DNA of 38,265 nucleotides from Salmonella phage S147_CPL00262. Shown here one piece after another: positions 37,839-38,265 of the stretch. The stretch's first letter is position 1, and every line of letters begins with the position of its first letter. The stretch lies in sequence record OR896839.1, one strand, 5' to 3'. The translations under genes and the position numbers were made by a program. The notes under the pieces were generated by a model. The model had not been told where the DNA came from and searched no databases. It saw nothing but the letters and a program-made list of their open reading frames with translations.

Positions 37839-38265
37839 ATGCTAAAACTTTTACGCAGCGCACTCCCTTGGGTACTCGCCGGGACACTCTTTATGGGTGG
37901 CTGGCACTTAGGGTCAACCCATGAGAGAGCAAACTGGAAGGAGGTAATCCAAAATGAGTACATTGCGAAAACAAAAGCAACCGCAGCAACTCAGGCAGAG
38001 GTCAGTCGGGTATCCCGTGAGTACCAAGAAGAGATTGCAGCCATTGAAGGCAGCACTGATAGGATGCTTAATGACCTGCGTAGTAATAATAAGCGGCTGT
38101 CAGTCCGCATCAAGACCCTTACCGGACTACCAGAAGATAACGGTAGATGCGAGTTTAATGGTCGAGCCGAACTACACGAGTCAGATGCTAAGCGTATTAT
38201 CGGAATAACCCAAGCTGCTGATGCTCACGTAAGAGCGCTCCAGCGTACTATTAAGGAGATGCAGA
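37839..38265 (+). CDS. 18.5: i-spanin Rz (gene 18.5), 3' end runs off the window and completes at 1..26 if circularised
   Basis: ATG at 37839 with SD GGGAGG; translation MLKLLRSALPWVLAGTLFMGGWHLGS... (N-terminal TM helix) resembles T7 Rz as recalled; no stop before the window end. Confidence 0.8.
   Translation, partial: MLKLLRSALPWVLAGTLFMGGWHLGSTHERANWKEVIQNEYIAKTKATAATQAEVSRVSREYQEEIAAIEGSTDRMLNDLRSNNKRLSVRIKTLTGLPEDNGRCEFNGRAELHESDAKRIIGITQAADAHVRALQRTIKEMQ
37954..38208 (+). CDS. 18.7: o-spanin Rz1 lipoprotein (gene 18.7), embedded in the +1 frame of Rz
   Basis: 84-aa ORF with a lipoprotein-type signal and lipobox (…LIGCLMTCVVIISGC…), Pro-containing; SD GGAAGGAGG. Confidence 0.8.
   Translation: MSTLRKQKQPQQLRQRSVGYPVSTKKRLQPLKAALIGCLMTCVVIISGCQSASRPLPDYQKITVDASLMVEPNYTSQMLSVLSE

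Overview
The window reads as a complete, circularly permuted genome of a T3-like member of the T7 supergroup (a strictly lytic podovirus); no database search was possible, so all identifications rest on reading the sequence and on recalled T7/T3 protein features. It is laid out starting at the terminase large subunit (gene 19), running through the genome-end/terminal-repeat region into the early genes, and ending inside Rz (gene 18.5), which completes at positions 1..26 if the window is joined end to start. All convincing genes are on the + strand. There are 15 copies of the T3 RNA polymerase promoter consensus (AATTAACCCTCACTAAAGGGAGA and variants), three sigma70-type early promoters (A1-A3 equivalents), and conserved hairpins resembling T7/T3 RNase III processing sites. 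The early terminator TE lies after the ligase gene and the late terminator Tphi after gene 10. Recognised genes: 0.3 SAM lyase, 0.7 kinase, 1 RNA polymerase, 1.1, 1.2, 1.3 ligase, 1.6, 1.7, 1.8, 2, 2.5 SSB, 3 endonuclease I, 3.5 amidase, 4 primase-helicase, 4.3, 4.5, 5 DNA polymerase, 5.5, 5.7, 5.9, 6 exonuclease, 6.3, 6.5, 6.7, 7.3, 8 portal, 9 scaffold, 10A/10B capsid, 11, 12, 13, 14, 15, 16, 17 tail fiber, 17.5 holin, 18, 18.5/18.7 spanins, 19 and 19.5. The items most worth a second look are: (1) an unassigned 128-aa gene between the tail fiber and the holin, where the T7 layout as I recall it has nothing; (2) a CCCAAAG slippery heptamer at the end of gene 10A that opens a -1 frame into a bacterial Ig-like (Big_2-type) domain; (3) perfect 21-bp tandem repeats encoding AKTSENN heptads inside the tail fiber gene; (4) a cluster of small unassigned early ORFs between 0.3 and 0.7.
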